Shown here: in pieces, positions 1-7,947 of the stretch | Layout of the letters: every line of letters starts with the position of its first letter | Position numbering within the stretch: the first letter of the stretch is position 1 | IMG/VR virus record: IMGVR_UViG_3300020045_005581 | Coordinates: 1-48,920 of that record | Strand: one strand, 5' to 3' | DNA from: a virus | Lineage: Duplodnaviria; Caudoviricetes | DNA length: 48,920 bases | The notes under the pieces: generated by a model | The model's database searches: none | The model's input: the letters and a program-made list of their open reading frames with translations, nothing else | Told to the model about the DNA's origin: nothing | Program-made: the position numbers and the translations under genes

Positions 1-167
1 TCACGCACATCACACTGCAAATGTTTTCCCGACGCTCTTGTCTGTTCACTCTCTGTTGGTAAGTAATCACAACTCCAGGCGTCATGCCCCAAGTTTTCAA
101 ATTCATCTCTGACCCTCCCGCTAAATTCACAGGCTATCAAAACTTTGAGAGGAAGAACGGCAACCAA
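1..167 (-). CDS. Phage-type DNA cytosine methyltransferase-like protein, 5' part (runs off the window edge)
   Basis: My translation from TTG at 167 gives ...KVLIACEFSGRVRDEFENLGHDAWSCDYLPTE...GKHLQCDV, which matches the VLxACExSGxVRDAF...GHDAWSCD start of a common phage methyltransferase family. Not in the ORF track. Confidence 0.7.
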   Translation of the reverse strand, partial: MVAVLPLKVLIACEFSGRVRDEFENLGHDAWSCDYLPTESEQTRASGKHLQCDVR

Positions 168-417
168 TTAGGTCGTTCCTTTCGGAACGACGCAAGCGCA
201 TAACGCGAGCGGGCTTCGCCCTCGTTCTGCGCTGCTTCGCAAACAGCGCATAACATCGGGTAGCAGGGCAAAGCGTTCGTAAAAACTTGTCCTTGCTCCC
301 AATGTTATTTTGTTGAAAAATTTGTTCATAATTAATCCCTTGCTAAAAGCGTTTTTCCTCACGTGCCTGCTACCCGCTCGCGTAATGCGCTCACTCGCAA
401 AGCATTCACGGCGTTCT

Positions 418-591
418 TCATTTATTAGCTTCAATCAGTTTCAATAAGCCTTCTTTTGTTCCATCAAGAAACTGCCATTTCCTAAACTCCATCTGTTTCT
501 CACTCGTTGATAAATTAACAGATGCTACGAGTTTAGAAAATTCCTCTAAGCTCTCAAAACCTAAATCAGTGACATCGTCTTTTAATGACAT
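418..591 (-). CDS. Hypothetical 57-aa protein (cassette gene)
   Basis: MSLKDDVTDLGFESLEEFSKLV...LIEANK*, with an AGGAG Shine-Dalgarno at 601-605. AT-rich and enclosed by IRs. Below the ORF-track cutoff. Confidence 0.7.
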   Translation of the reverse strand: MSLKDDVTDLGFESLEEFSKLVASVNLSTSEKQMEFRKWQFLDGTKEGLLKLIEANK

Positions 592-859
592 ATATTTTTT
601 CTCCTAATAAGTAACGCCGTGAATTGACTCATGCTGTCGCATGAGGTGAGCGCATTACGCGAGGCGGTAAAAATTCACGCAAGGAAATAAGCGTGTTTTT
701 TACGCTTATGGAAAGCGTGATATTTTTAACGATTGTAACACGGCGCGAGCAAAGCGAGCGTGTTGTCGTGTTACAAGCGGCTCGCTGCCTCGCAGTAACA
801 CGGTCGCCTCACAACGAAGTTGTGATGAATCATGCAACAATTATTAATAAGGAGAACAA

Positions 860-1090
860 ATGGAAAAGCAAACGTTAATGTTGTTTAGGAATGGAAATAC
901 TGCGTTCTGTGTAGGGCAGGAACAAGTTCCAAAAGTTCAAAGAAAGTCGTGGCTTCAATTACAATTTGAGTGGTTAGAAAAATGTGGATATGACCCGTGT
1001 GGAATTGATGAGATATTGTTACCTGATGGTTCACACGCAAAAGTTTTCAAATTAGAAGATGGTGGTTACAACTGGGAGATTGTTGCATGA
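860..1090 (+). CDS. Hypothetical protein (cassette gene)
   Basis: 76-aa ORF with AAGGAG SD; the stop codon lies inside the right IR arm. Confidence 0.75.
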   Translation: MEKQTLMLFRNGNTAFCVGQEQVPKVQRKSWLQLQFEWLEKCGYDPCGIDEILLPDGSHAKVFKLEDGGYNWEIVA

Positions 1091-1299
1091 TGCTTTGCGA
1101 GCGACCGTGTTATAGGGGGCGATAAAAATTTACGGAGTGGAGCAATGCGCCTTTTGCATTGCGGAACGCAGGAATATTTTTAGCGAGTGTTATTCGCCGA
1201 CGTGAAACGGCGAAGCGAATAATACGAGACTTGTCGCCCCCTATTATTCGCACGCCTCGCACGTAGTGCGATGCAACACAACAAGAAAGGATAAGACAA

Positions 1300-1524
1300 A
1301 TGAATTTAGAAACAGAACTGCAAGAATTGGTTTTAGAGTTAGAAGAGAGAGAAAAAAAATATGAAAAACTGACAAAAGAAAATGAGCCTAACAATGGATA
1401 CTATTACGGCAAAGGAATGGCTTATGGTAACAGTGCAAGTAGATTGAGAGAAATATTGAAGCACTGGGAACAAGACAAAGCCAGTAGATTGGAAGTGTTG
1501 CAACGTTTCACGGCGTGCAAATAA
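1300..1524 (+). CDS. Hypothetical coiled-coil protein (cassette gene)
   Basis: 74-aa ORF with AAGGA upstream; the stop codon lies inside the right IR arm. Confidence 0.7.
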   Translation: MNLETELQELVLELEEREKKYEKLTKENEPNNGYYYGKGMAYGNSASRLREILKHWEQDKASRLEVLQRFTACK

Positions 1525-1709
1525 TACGCGGAGGTAACGGGCGCGTGAGTGCAATGCGCTTTTTGCATTGCAAACGAACGTTGCGACCCGTTACCGAATG
1601 TCACACGCTGGCGAACGAAGTGAGCGTGTGACGTGAGGCGAAGCCTCCGCGTATCACACGCTTGGCTCGCATACGAAGTATGCGACAAGTTCGCAATCTT
1701 TAATAATTA

Positions 1710-1895
1710 ATGAAAGGAGATGTTTTTATGGCATTGGCTATTGTAGCTTCGATAGGTTCGTTGTATTTAACCATAACTCATTTTATTGGTGGAAACTATG
1801 ATGCAGGAGCGGGGTGGCTTTGTGCGTTACTGTGGAGTGTCAACGCAATTATTTATGAATTAAGATTGCGAACGTTTCGTTCGCCAAGCGTGTGA
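1710..1895 (+). CDS. Small two-TM membrane protein (cassette gene)
   Basis: Two hydrophobic segments. AAGGAG precedes the ATG at 1728, which is the probable true start. Confidence 0.65.
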   Translation: MKGDVFMALAIVASIGSLYLTITHFIGGNYDAGAGWLCALLWSVNAIIYELRLRTFRSPSV

Positions 1896-2015
1896 CATTA
1901 ATTAACCATCACATCAATAATCATCAACAACGAAAGGCAAAAACTGAATGAACCCTCCGAGTGTTACAGAGCAACTAAGAGCAACAATCTCGCTTATGGG
2001 AAAATCAAAAAAAAC

Positions 2016-2543
2016 ATGGAAGGCCAAAGGTGGACTTCTATTATGGGAAGCGTAGAAGATCTTAATGAGCTAGAAGAGTTGTTTATTGAAAACCTAGCCT
2101 ATGAGAGAATATCGGCCGCTATTATGCGAGGAGAGTATGTCAAAGATGAAGAAGTGGATATGTTAGTCGAGGCCATTAGAATGGAACGACAAAAAATGGG
2201 AGGTAATCGTTTTGCTGAGATTAAGAAATGGATGGTTAAAAATATTCCTGTTTCAGTTGAGTTTTACATTACCAATGAAACTTTTGATAAAAATATCAGA
2301 GTTCAAAACCTATTGCAGATGCTTAATAATCCTCTTTATACTGGATCAAGGACAAGGCTAGAAGAAGAAATTCTTGACTTACTAGAATTAAGCGGAAGAA
2401 GGTATAAGAAAACTGACGAAGAAAGACAGAATGAAATGGAAATGATTCAAGCTAACGCTGCTGCCGCTGGAAAGATGGGAGGATCACAACCACAAATAAG
2501 ACCAGCTTTATCAACTGCTCAACAAATGGGAAATAACGTATGA
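2016..2543 (+). CDS. Portal protein, C-terminal fragment
   Basis: Lies directly upstream of the head genes. Contains VEFYITNETFDK...LLQML and a Q/M-rich tail typical of podoviral portal C-termini. The frame is open upstream of 2016; the N-terminal part is at 45006. Confidence 0.65.
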   Translation: MEGQRWTSIMGSVEDLNELEELFIENLAYERISAAIMRGEYVKDEEVDMLVEAIRMERQKMGGNRFAEIKKWMVKNIPVSVEFYITNETFDKNIRVQNLLQMLNNPLYTGSRTRLEEEILDLLELSGRRYKKTDEERQNEMEMIQANAAAAGKMGGSQPQIRPALSTAQQMGNNV

Positions 2544-2854
2544 AAATAATACAATCAAATCCACACTTAAAAGAACAAGAAAAAATAGAACTAGAAAAGA
2601 AAAACGCAAAGATCGAAAGACGCAATTCTCTTCTTAAAAGGTTTGGGAACAGTATTTATTATGTAGCTGTAATGGAAGAATTTAATACTATTATAGAGGC
2701 TCACTCAGTCCAAAGTATTCTAAAGAAAAAGAATACTAATGGAATCCGGGTGGATGTAGCTACCGAACAAGAATTAGGAAGATTATCTCTAGTTGAAATG
2801 ATGGTAAGAGATATAATGGATGAGTTTAAAAGAAAGTTTAGTAACTTTAAATAA
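2540..2854 (+). CDS. Hypothetical protein between portal and scaffold
   Basis: 104-aa ORF with ATGA overlap with the portal stop. Confidence 0.7.
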   Translation: MKIIQSNPHLKEQEKIELEKKNAKIERRNSLLKRFGNSIYYVAVMEEFNTIIEAHSVQSILKKKNTNGIRVDVATEQELGRLSLVEMMVRDIMDEFKRKFSNFK

Positions 2855-2912
2855 GATTTATCTTATTGCATAACTCGAGAGATGCAGTAATAATAAATCT
2901 AAAAAAAATTAA

Positions 2913-3491
2913 ATGACAGAGAATTTAAACCATGACGAGAAACAGTTGGATAACGACTTAAATCCCGATGGAGAAGGATCTGGAGCACCTTCTATCCAAG
3001 AAGTAGAAACAAAGGCTTTAGAGACTTACAACAAAAAATTAGGAACAAGTTTCAAGAGCTGGGATGATGTTGAAAAAAGCAAGAAAGAAGCTGATTCAAC
3101 TATTTCAAAACTTGGGCAACAGTTAAAGGATGCCGGAATATCTAAACCTCAAGAGGTCGTGCCATCAAAGCCAGACTTTCTTACAACTTATGAGGAGGAT
3201 ATTGTAATCTCAAGGAATCCAAAAGCTGCTTTTGTTCTGGAAGAAATCAAAGAGGTTTGTGTTGCTACTGGAAAGAGTATGAAAGAAGTATTTACTTCAT
3301 CTACTTGGTTGCAAAACGAGGCTGAATCAAGATTTCAAGAGAAACAAAGGAAGGATATAGAATCCGGAAAAGTTTCCGACCCGTCACAACATGTGTTTCC
3401 GGGTGAAAAAGGATCGGGTCTTAAATTATCAGAAGCTGATAAGTATCTTCTTAAAAGAAGGGGTCTGACAGCTAAAGACGTAAAAAATTAA
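2913..3491 (+). CDS. Putative capsid scaffolding protein
   Basis: Acidic N-terminus, coiled-coil segment, position upstream of the capsid genes. Confidence 0.6.
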   Translation: MTENLNHDEKQLDNDLNPDGEGSGAPSIQEVETKALETYNKKLGTSFKSWDDVEKSKKEADSTISKLGQQLKDAGISKPQEVVPSKPDFLTTYEEDIVISRNPKAAFVLEEIKEVCVATGKSMKEVFTSSTWLQNEAESRFQEKQRKDIESGKVSDPSQHVFPGEKGSGLKLSEADKYLLKRRGLTAKDVKN

Positions 3492-3501
3492 TTAAAACAC
3501 A

Positions 3502-3993
3502 ATGGCAAAAAATGACATTAAAATCAAGGACTCCTACACGACAGTACCTGTAGTCAAATGGCAAACAGAGGCTAACACTACAATGATGTTAGCTGGTGAA
3601 CCAGTTAAACTTAAAGCTGCTGGTAGTCCTTATGTAATTCCATTGGCTGACAATGAGCCAGTCATAGGAACAACAACACAAGTAGTTGGTATCGCTAAAA
3701 GTGATTCAACACAAACAACAACTGCTGATGGATCAATAACAGTATATGTACCACTTCCAGGAGTAATTTATGAATGTAAAGCTACAACAACTTCAAACAT
3801 AGACACACAAGCAAAACTTGATGCACTATGCGGAGATAGCGTTCTATTCGACTTTGGTTCTTCTACTTATACAGTAGACGAAAACGCAGGAAACGCTGCT
3901 ACTAGTGGAATCCAAATAGTTGGAGGTGATTATGCTAGAGGAGTTATCTACTTCATGATCAGACCAGCTGCAACAACAGGAGCAATCGCTTAA
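3502..3993 (+). CDS. Putative capsid decoration/cement protein
   Basis: Small beta-rich protein (AGEPVKL...VVGIA) immediately upstream of the major capsid gene. Confidence 0.55.
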   Translation: MAKNDIKIKDSYTTVPVVKWQTEANTTMMLAGEPVKLKAAGSPYVIPLADNEPVIGTTTQVVGIAKSDSTQTTTADGSITVYVPLPGVIYECKATTTSNIDTQAKLDALCGDSVLFDFGSSTYTVDENAGNAATSGIQIVGGDYARGVIYFMIRPAATTGAIA

Positions 3994-4012
3994 TAATTAA
4001 CAACAAGAAAAT

Positions 4013-4942
4013 ATGAGTTTTTCATCTTCTCTAAATCCTAATGTAGTAAAAACTGCACTTGATGATGTATTTTATCAAGAAATGGATGGAGACAAACACC
4101 CAAATCATGCTACAGCTGAAACCAACGCTATCTTTAAACAAGATACTGCTGATAGTTCTGCTGTAATCATGGAACTTTTTGGAGGTTCTGGAGCATGGGA
4201 ATTGACTGCTGAAGAGCAAGATCTTCCATTAGGAACACCAAGAATTACGAACACAAAAACATTCTCAGTAGTGAAATTTGCTAAGTCAATTGATATTCCA
4301 AAAGAATTTTTCGATGACAATAAACATGGTTCATACGAGATGATGGTTCGTAACTTTGCTCTACGAGCAAGGACAACCCGAGACAAAAACGCTTTCGCTA
4401 TTTATCGAAACGCCTTCACAACAGCCTTGACATCTGATGGTGCTACTTTGGTAAGCGATACACACACAACAATTTCAGGAGATACAGTTGATAACAAAAT
4501 TACAGCTGCTCTTTCAGAAACATCTTTAAATACAGCTATACAAATGTTGTATGAGCAAAAAGCTCAGGATGGTGAAATTGATGGTCACTTGGCCACAACA
4601 TTGCTAGTTCCACCAGCATTGTATAAAACAGCAGTAGAAATCACTGAGGCTAAACTTAGAAGTGGTACAGCTGATAATGATCCAAATATTTACTCAGATA
4701 AATATGGTATTATGGTTTACACATCTAATAGACTTGGAGCTGCTGCCGGTGGATCTGACACTGCATGGTTCTTACTTTCTAACAACCACTCTGTAACAAG
4801 ATGGGTTCGTGAATCAGTAAACACAAATCTAGTTAATTTCGATGTTTCTCGAAATGACGTATACACATACAAAGGTCGCTTCCGCGAAGTTGTAGGTGCT
4901 ATGAGTTATGAAGGAATCGTTGGAAGTCTAGGAACAGCGTAA
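4013..4942 (+). CDS. Major capsid protein (HK97 fold, Mu gpT-like family)
   Basis: 309 aa with motifs typical of this MCP family (FFDDNKHG, LLVPPAL, SDTAWFL, YKGRFRE...YEGIVGS) and strong codon bias. Confidence 0.85.
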   Translation: MSFSSSLNPNVVKTALDDVFYQEMDGDKHPNHATAETNAIFKQDTADSSAVIMELFGGSGAWELTAEEQDLPLGTPRITNTKTFSVVKFAKSIDIPKEFFDDNKHGSYEMMVRNFALRARTTRDKNAFAIYRNAFTTALTSDGATLVSDTHTTISGDTVDNKITAALSETSLNTAIQMLYEQKAQDGEIDGHLATTLLVPPALYKTAVEITEAKLRSGTADNDPNIYSDKYGIMVYTSNRLGAAAGGSDTAWFLLSNNHSVTRWVRESVNTNLVNFDVSRNDVYTYKGRFREVVGAMSYEGIVGSLGTA

Positions 4943-4946
4943 TATT

Positions 4947-4970
4947 GGTGGGGGAGCAATCCCCCTTCCA
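4947..4970 (+). terminator. GC-rich tetraloop hairpin after the capsid gene (terminator or stabiliser)
   Basis: GGGGA-GCAA-TCCCC. A similar GGGG-GAAA-CCCC follows the next gene at ~5546-5557. No clear U-tract. Confidence 0.45.
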
Positions 4971-5032
4971 CTTAACAAATAATGGAAGATTATTAGACTG
5001 CTTAGCAGGAAAATAGTTAATCTTCAAAAAAC

Positions 5033-5539
5033 ATGGCAGGAACACACTTTAAAGGCCCTCTATACGTAGGTGGCGTACAAGTTGCTGACGCATCTGGAAA
5101 TGTAACTGCACCAATCACAACTACAGCCGGTTCTATTGGAACTGCTGAAATTGCTGATAGTGCTGTAACTTATGCAAAAAGAAGTGTTATTGGTACAGCT
5201 ACCGCAACAGCGGATGGACTAACAACAGGTTTAATTGCAGATGGAACAACATTTGTAACTGTAACTTCTGACAGTGCTACTAAATTCGTAACTCTTCCAG
5301 CTATTACAGCTGCTGGCATTGGTCAAACTATTGACATTTATGTTGGAGCTACTGGATATGAATTGGTAACACCAGCTTCTAGCAACAATACTATTAACAC
5401 AGTTGATAGTGATCAAACAAATCAATTAGACGTAGCTGCTAACTCGTTGATTCACTTAATCCAAGTGTCTGCAACAGGTTGGTTCGCTTATAATCATGCT
5501 GCTACTACTATTACTGTAGTTGCCCCAGATAATGATTAG
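5033..5539 (+). CDS. Putative head fibre/structural protein
   Basis: Thr/Ala/Gly-rich, with a GSIGTAEIADSAVT fibre-like repeat; follows the MCP. Confidence 0.55.
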   Translation: MAGTHFKGPLYVGGVQVADASGNVTAPITTTAGSIGTAEIADSAVTYAKRSVIGTATATADGLTTGLIADGTTFVTVTSDSATKFVTLPAITAAGIGQTIDIYVGATGYELVTPASSNNTINTVDSDQTNQLDVAANSLIHLIQVSATGWFAYNHAATTITVVAPDND

Positions 5540-5561
5540 TACTTAGGGGGAAACCCCTTCC

Positions 5562-5632
5562 GCCTTATTAGCTTAATGGTAAAGCTACACTTTTGTAAAG
5601 TGAGGACGTAGGTTCGATTCCTACATTCGGCT
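5562..5632 (+). tRNA. tRNA-Thr(TGT), possibly degenerate
   Basis: D arm GCTT..AAGC, anticodon loop TT-TGT-AA, T arm GTAGG-TTCGATT-CCTAC. The acceptor stem has two mismatches and CCA is not encoded. Confidence 0.75.
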
Positions 5633-5646
5633 CATAATTATACAAT

Positions 5647-5958
5647 ATGTTTACACAAGAACAGAGAAATTTAGGATGGGCTAATAACTCCATAAAAAGA
5701 AAACAAAAAACACATGCGTTAATTCAAAGTGGTCTATGGAATGGAAAAAATTTGATTACATTAAGAATGTATTTAATAGACAATAATGGATATAGATGCT
5801 CAGAATGTAAATTAGATTATTGGAATGGACAAAAAATTACATTAGAGGTTCATCATATAGATGGAAATCGTAATAATAATAACTTAAAAAATGTTATATT
5901 GCTTTGTCCAAACTGTCATTCTCAAACGGATACATTTAAAAATAAGAAGAGATCATGA
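5647..5958 (+). CDS. HNH endonuclease
   Basis: CSEC...LEVHHIDGNRNNNNLKNVILLCPNCH motif. Confidence 0.9.
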   Translation: MFTQEQRNLGWANNSIKRKQKTHALIQSGLWNGKNLITLRMYLIDNNGYRCSECKLDYWNGQKITLEVHHIDGNRNNNNLKNVILLCPNCHSQTDTFKNKKRS

Positions 5959-6203
5959 AAATATATAATCCAATAGTGGGAGGATCTTTCGTCAATACGA
6001 TTAAAGGATCATTTCCACCAGATACATATAAAGAATTTACACCAGAAGAAGCAGGGGAGCTACTAAGTAAGCATCCGTTTTTGATAGATATTGAACAGGA
6101 TAAATATAAACCAGAATTTTATAAAGAACTTAAAAGAACCAAATGTCATATTTTAAAAATCAGCCTTCAAAAATTGTTTTCGGTACTGCGACCACAGAAG
6201 TAA
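5955..6203 (+). CDS. Hypothetical protein
   Basis: 82-aa ORF with ATGA overlap with the HNH gene. Confidence 0.55.
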   Translation: MKIYNPIVGGSFVNTIKGSFPPDTYKEFTPEEAGELLSKHPFLIDIEQDKYKPEFYKELKRTKCHILKISLQKLFSVLRPQK

Positions 6204-6562
6204 CACTTACAGATAGTTTTAATGATACTACTGACATTTCCAATGCAGGAGGATTTAATTTAGCTACAGTGTATGTTCAATATACACCAGCAGTTGATTC
6301 AAGTGTAGCACTGGTTCAGTTTGAAGCCGGAGCTGACGATGCTAATTTTTTCCCCAAAACTGCTTTAGTAGACGAAAATGCTTCCGGAGAAAGTACATCC
6401 GTAAACCATATATTTAGATTAGAAGCTGTCACTGCCGGAGTAACGATAAAGAAAAGATTTTTAATTGAATTAGCTGATATTAAGTTACGAATTTCTGCAA
6501 AAGAAACTACACTCGGAGCTTATGGATCTATTAAAATAATCCTTATTAGAAACGAACAATGA
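6143..6562 (+). CDS. Putative virion structural protein
   Basis: Beta-rich 139-aa ORF in the structural operon. Confidence 0.55.
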   Translation: MSYFKNQPSKIVFGTATTEVTLTDSFNDTTDISNAGGFNLATVYVQYTPAVDSSVALVQFEAGADDANFFPKTALVDENASGESTSVNHIFRLEAVTAGVTIKKRFLIELADIKLRISAKETTLGAYGSIKIILIRNEQ

Positions 6563-7947
6563 GCGAGCCATATCAAATTAGAACAAATCCAAGTGTTGTT
6601 TTACAATTTACTGGAGGAATAAATCATAAGCGAGCATATAACAATTCTACTGCTTATGTTTTAGGTGATGCTGTTTTATACGAAGGATCAAGCTATGTAG
6701 CTATGCAAAATACTACAGGCAATTTGCCTACAAATACTACTTACTGGCAACTATTAGTAGAAAAAGGAGAAGACGGAGATCCGGGTACGACCATAGATAT
6801 TGAAGCTCTAGAAGAAGTAATTCCTGACCCAACAGACTGGGTGCTTATTAATGACGGAACAGGGTTAAGAAAATCTCACGCCTCTTATTTCCAACAAATA
6901 TTCGTAGCAAACTCCCAAGAAGAGTCAGACGAAATATATTCAACTTATTATCGAGAAGGTTTTCCGCTTCTAATCATTAGAACAGACATAACTGACGGAA
7001 ACTATACTATTGCTGGAGAAACTGCTAGCGTAACAGCGACTTTTTATCCTGCTAATATTACAGTAAGCAACCCTGGACAAGAAAACTTAACCGCTGGTAC
7101 TGGAGGGTTCACAGTAACGCTTAACCCTGCAACTCTTACAGTAGATACTAATTTATTAGAGCTTTCTGCTAGTTTAGGAAGCTTTACCACTACTTTTAAT
7201 GACGCAACTTTAACAATAGATGAGGGAGGTGGAGGTGGAGAAACTATGGCTCTTCCGTTCTCTTATGCCTTTCCTGGCTATGGAGCATTAGATAGCACTA
7301 AAATTACCACATTTGCCAACATGGACACTGAAATTGCTGGTGGAGGAGAAATAACAACAGTGCCTCCTCAAATGTTTTTAGATGGTGACTTTGGTAAATT
7401 TGTTTGTGGAACTGTTACGGGAGGAACTGGAAAAGCTGTCTTTGGATTTGAAATAAAGGATAATGTCACAATGCCTAGCAGTGGGTTGGAAATAAAATGG
7501 AAGCTAAATTCTTACGCATACAGAGGTGCTGGCACTAATGGAGTCTATGCTTTGTTTGTTTCAGACACTGATGTTACAGCCGAAAGACTTTGGGGTGGTT
7601 CACCAAATAGCACTGCAAATGTAATTGCTATGGCTCTTACGGAATATATCAATAATGACGGATTTAATGTCGCTAGAATATTTAATGGAACTTGGAACTC
7701 TGAATTTGCTTTTTACGACTATCCAAGTCAAGGAATATATTATTATAAAGCCCTATTAACAGCAACGACACTTACTATATCAAGGAGTTCTGATGGAATT
7801 GATTACACAGAAATTTATTCAGGTAGTCATGGAGTTACTTTTAATAGTAATATATTGCATATCGGATTACATTGCCAATTTGGCGACACTACAAGCCCAG
7901 CGGATAACGGAATCGTGTTTGACGAATTATATGTATCAGCAATCTAA
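6559..7947 (+). CDS. Putative receptor-binding/fibre protein with an N-terminal CBM5/12-like module
   Basis: AYNNSTAYVLGDAVLYEGSSYVA...PTNTTYWQLL motif, a poly-Gly linker, and a beta-sandwich-like C-terminus. Confidence 0.6.
   Translation: MSEPYQIRTNPSVVLQFTGGINHKRAYNNSTAYVLGDAVLYEGSSYVAMQNTTGNLPTNTTYWQLLVEKGEDGDPGTTIDIEALEEVIPDPTDWVLINDGTGLRKSHASYFQQIFVANSQEESDEIYSTYYREGFPLLIIRTDITDGNYTIAGETASVTATFYPANITVSNPGQENLTAGTGGFTVTLNPATLTVDTNLLELSASLGSFTTTFNDATLTIDEGGGGGETMALPFSYAFPGYGALDSTKITTFANMDTEIAGGGEITTVPPQMFLDGDFGKFVCGTVTGGTGKAVFGFEIKDNVTMPSSGLEIKWKLNSYAYRGAGTNGVYALFVSDTDVTAERLWGGSPNSTANVIAMALTEYINNDGFNVARIFNGTWNSEFAFYDYPSQGIYYYKALLTATTLTISRSSDGIDYTEIYSGSHGVTFNSNILHIGLHCQFGDTTSPADNGIVFDELYVSAI

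Larger units (their letters stand above)
172..1899. repeat. Array of inverted-repeat-bounded single-gene cassettes with multi-hairpin spacers
   Basis: IR pairs flanking ORFs: 380-394/646-660 and 404-415/613-624; 796-807/1101-1112 and 829-841/1079-1091; 1243-1256/1512-1525 and 1272-1279/1495-1502; 1654-1666/1883-1895 and 1689-1700/1862-1873. Spacer-closing IRs: 203-213/373-383, 659-666/786-793, 1112-1122/1234-1244, 1524-1534/1644-1654. Confidence 0.85.

Noticed and set aside
168-1688. Track ORFs 168-434, 693-878, 1110-1394, 1339-1554 and 1422-1688
   Set aside because: They run through GC-rich palindromic spacers or lie antisense to better ORFs with SD sites.
172-1899. CRISPR array or canonical integron call for the left-flank repeats
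   Set aside because: There are no identical direct repeats with regular spacers and no cas or intI gene. The IRs enclose the genes instead of only following them, so I did not call attC sites outright.
1900-2015. attL/attR prophage boundary matching ~45400
   Set aside because: I found no shared direct repeat at the two junctions and no integrase, and the break falls inside an essential gene.
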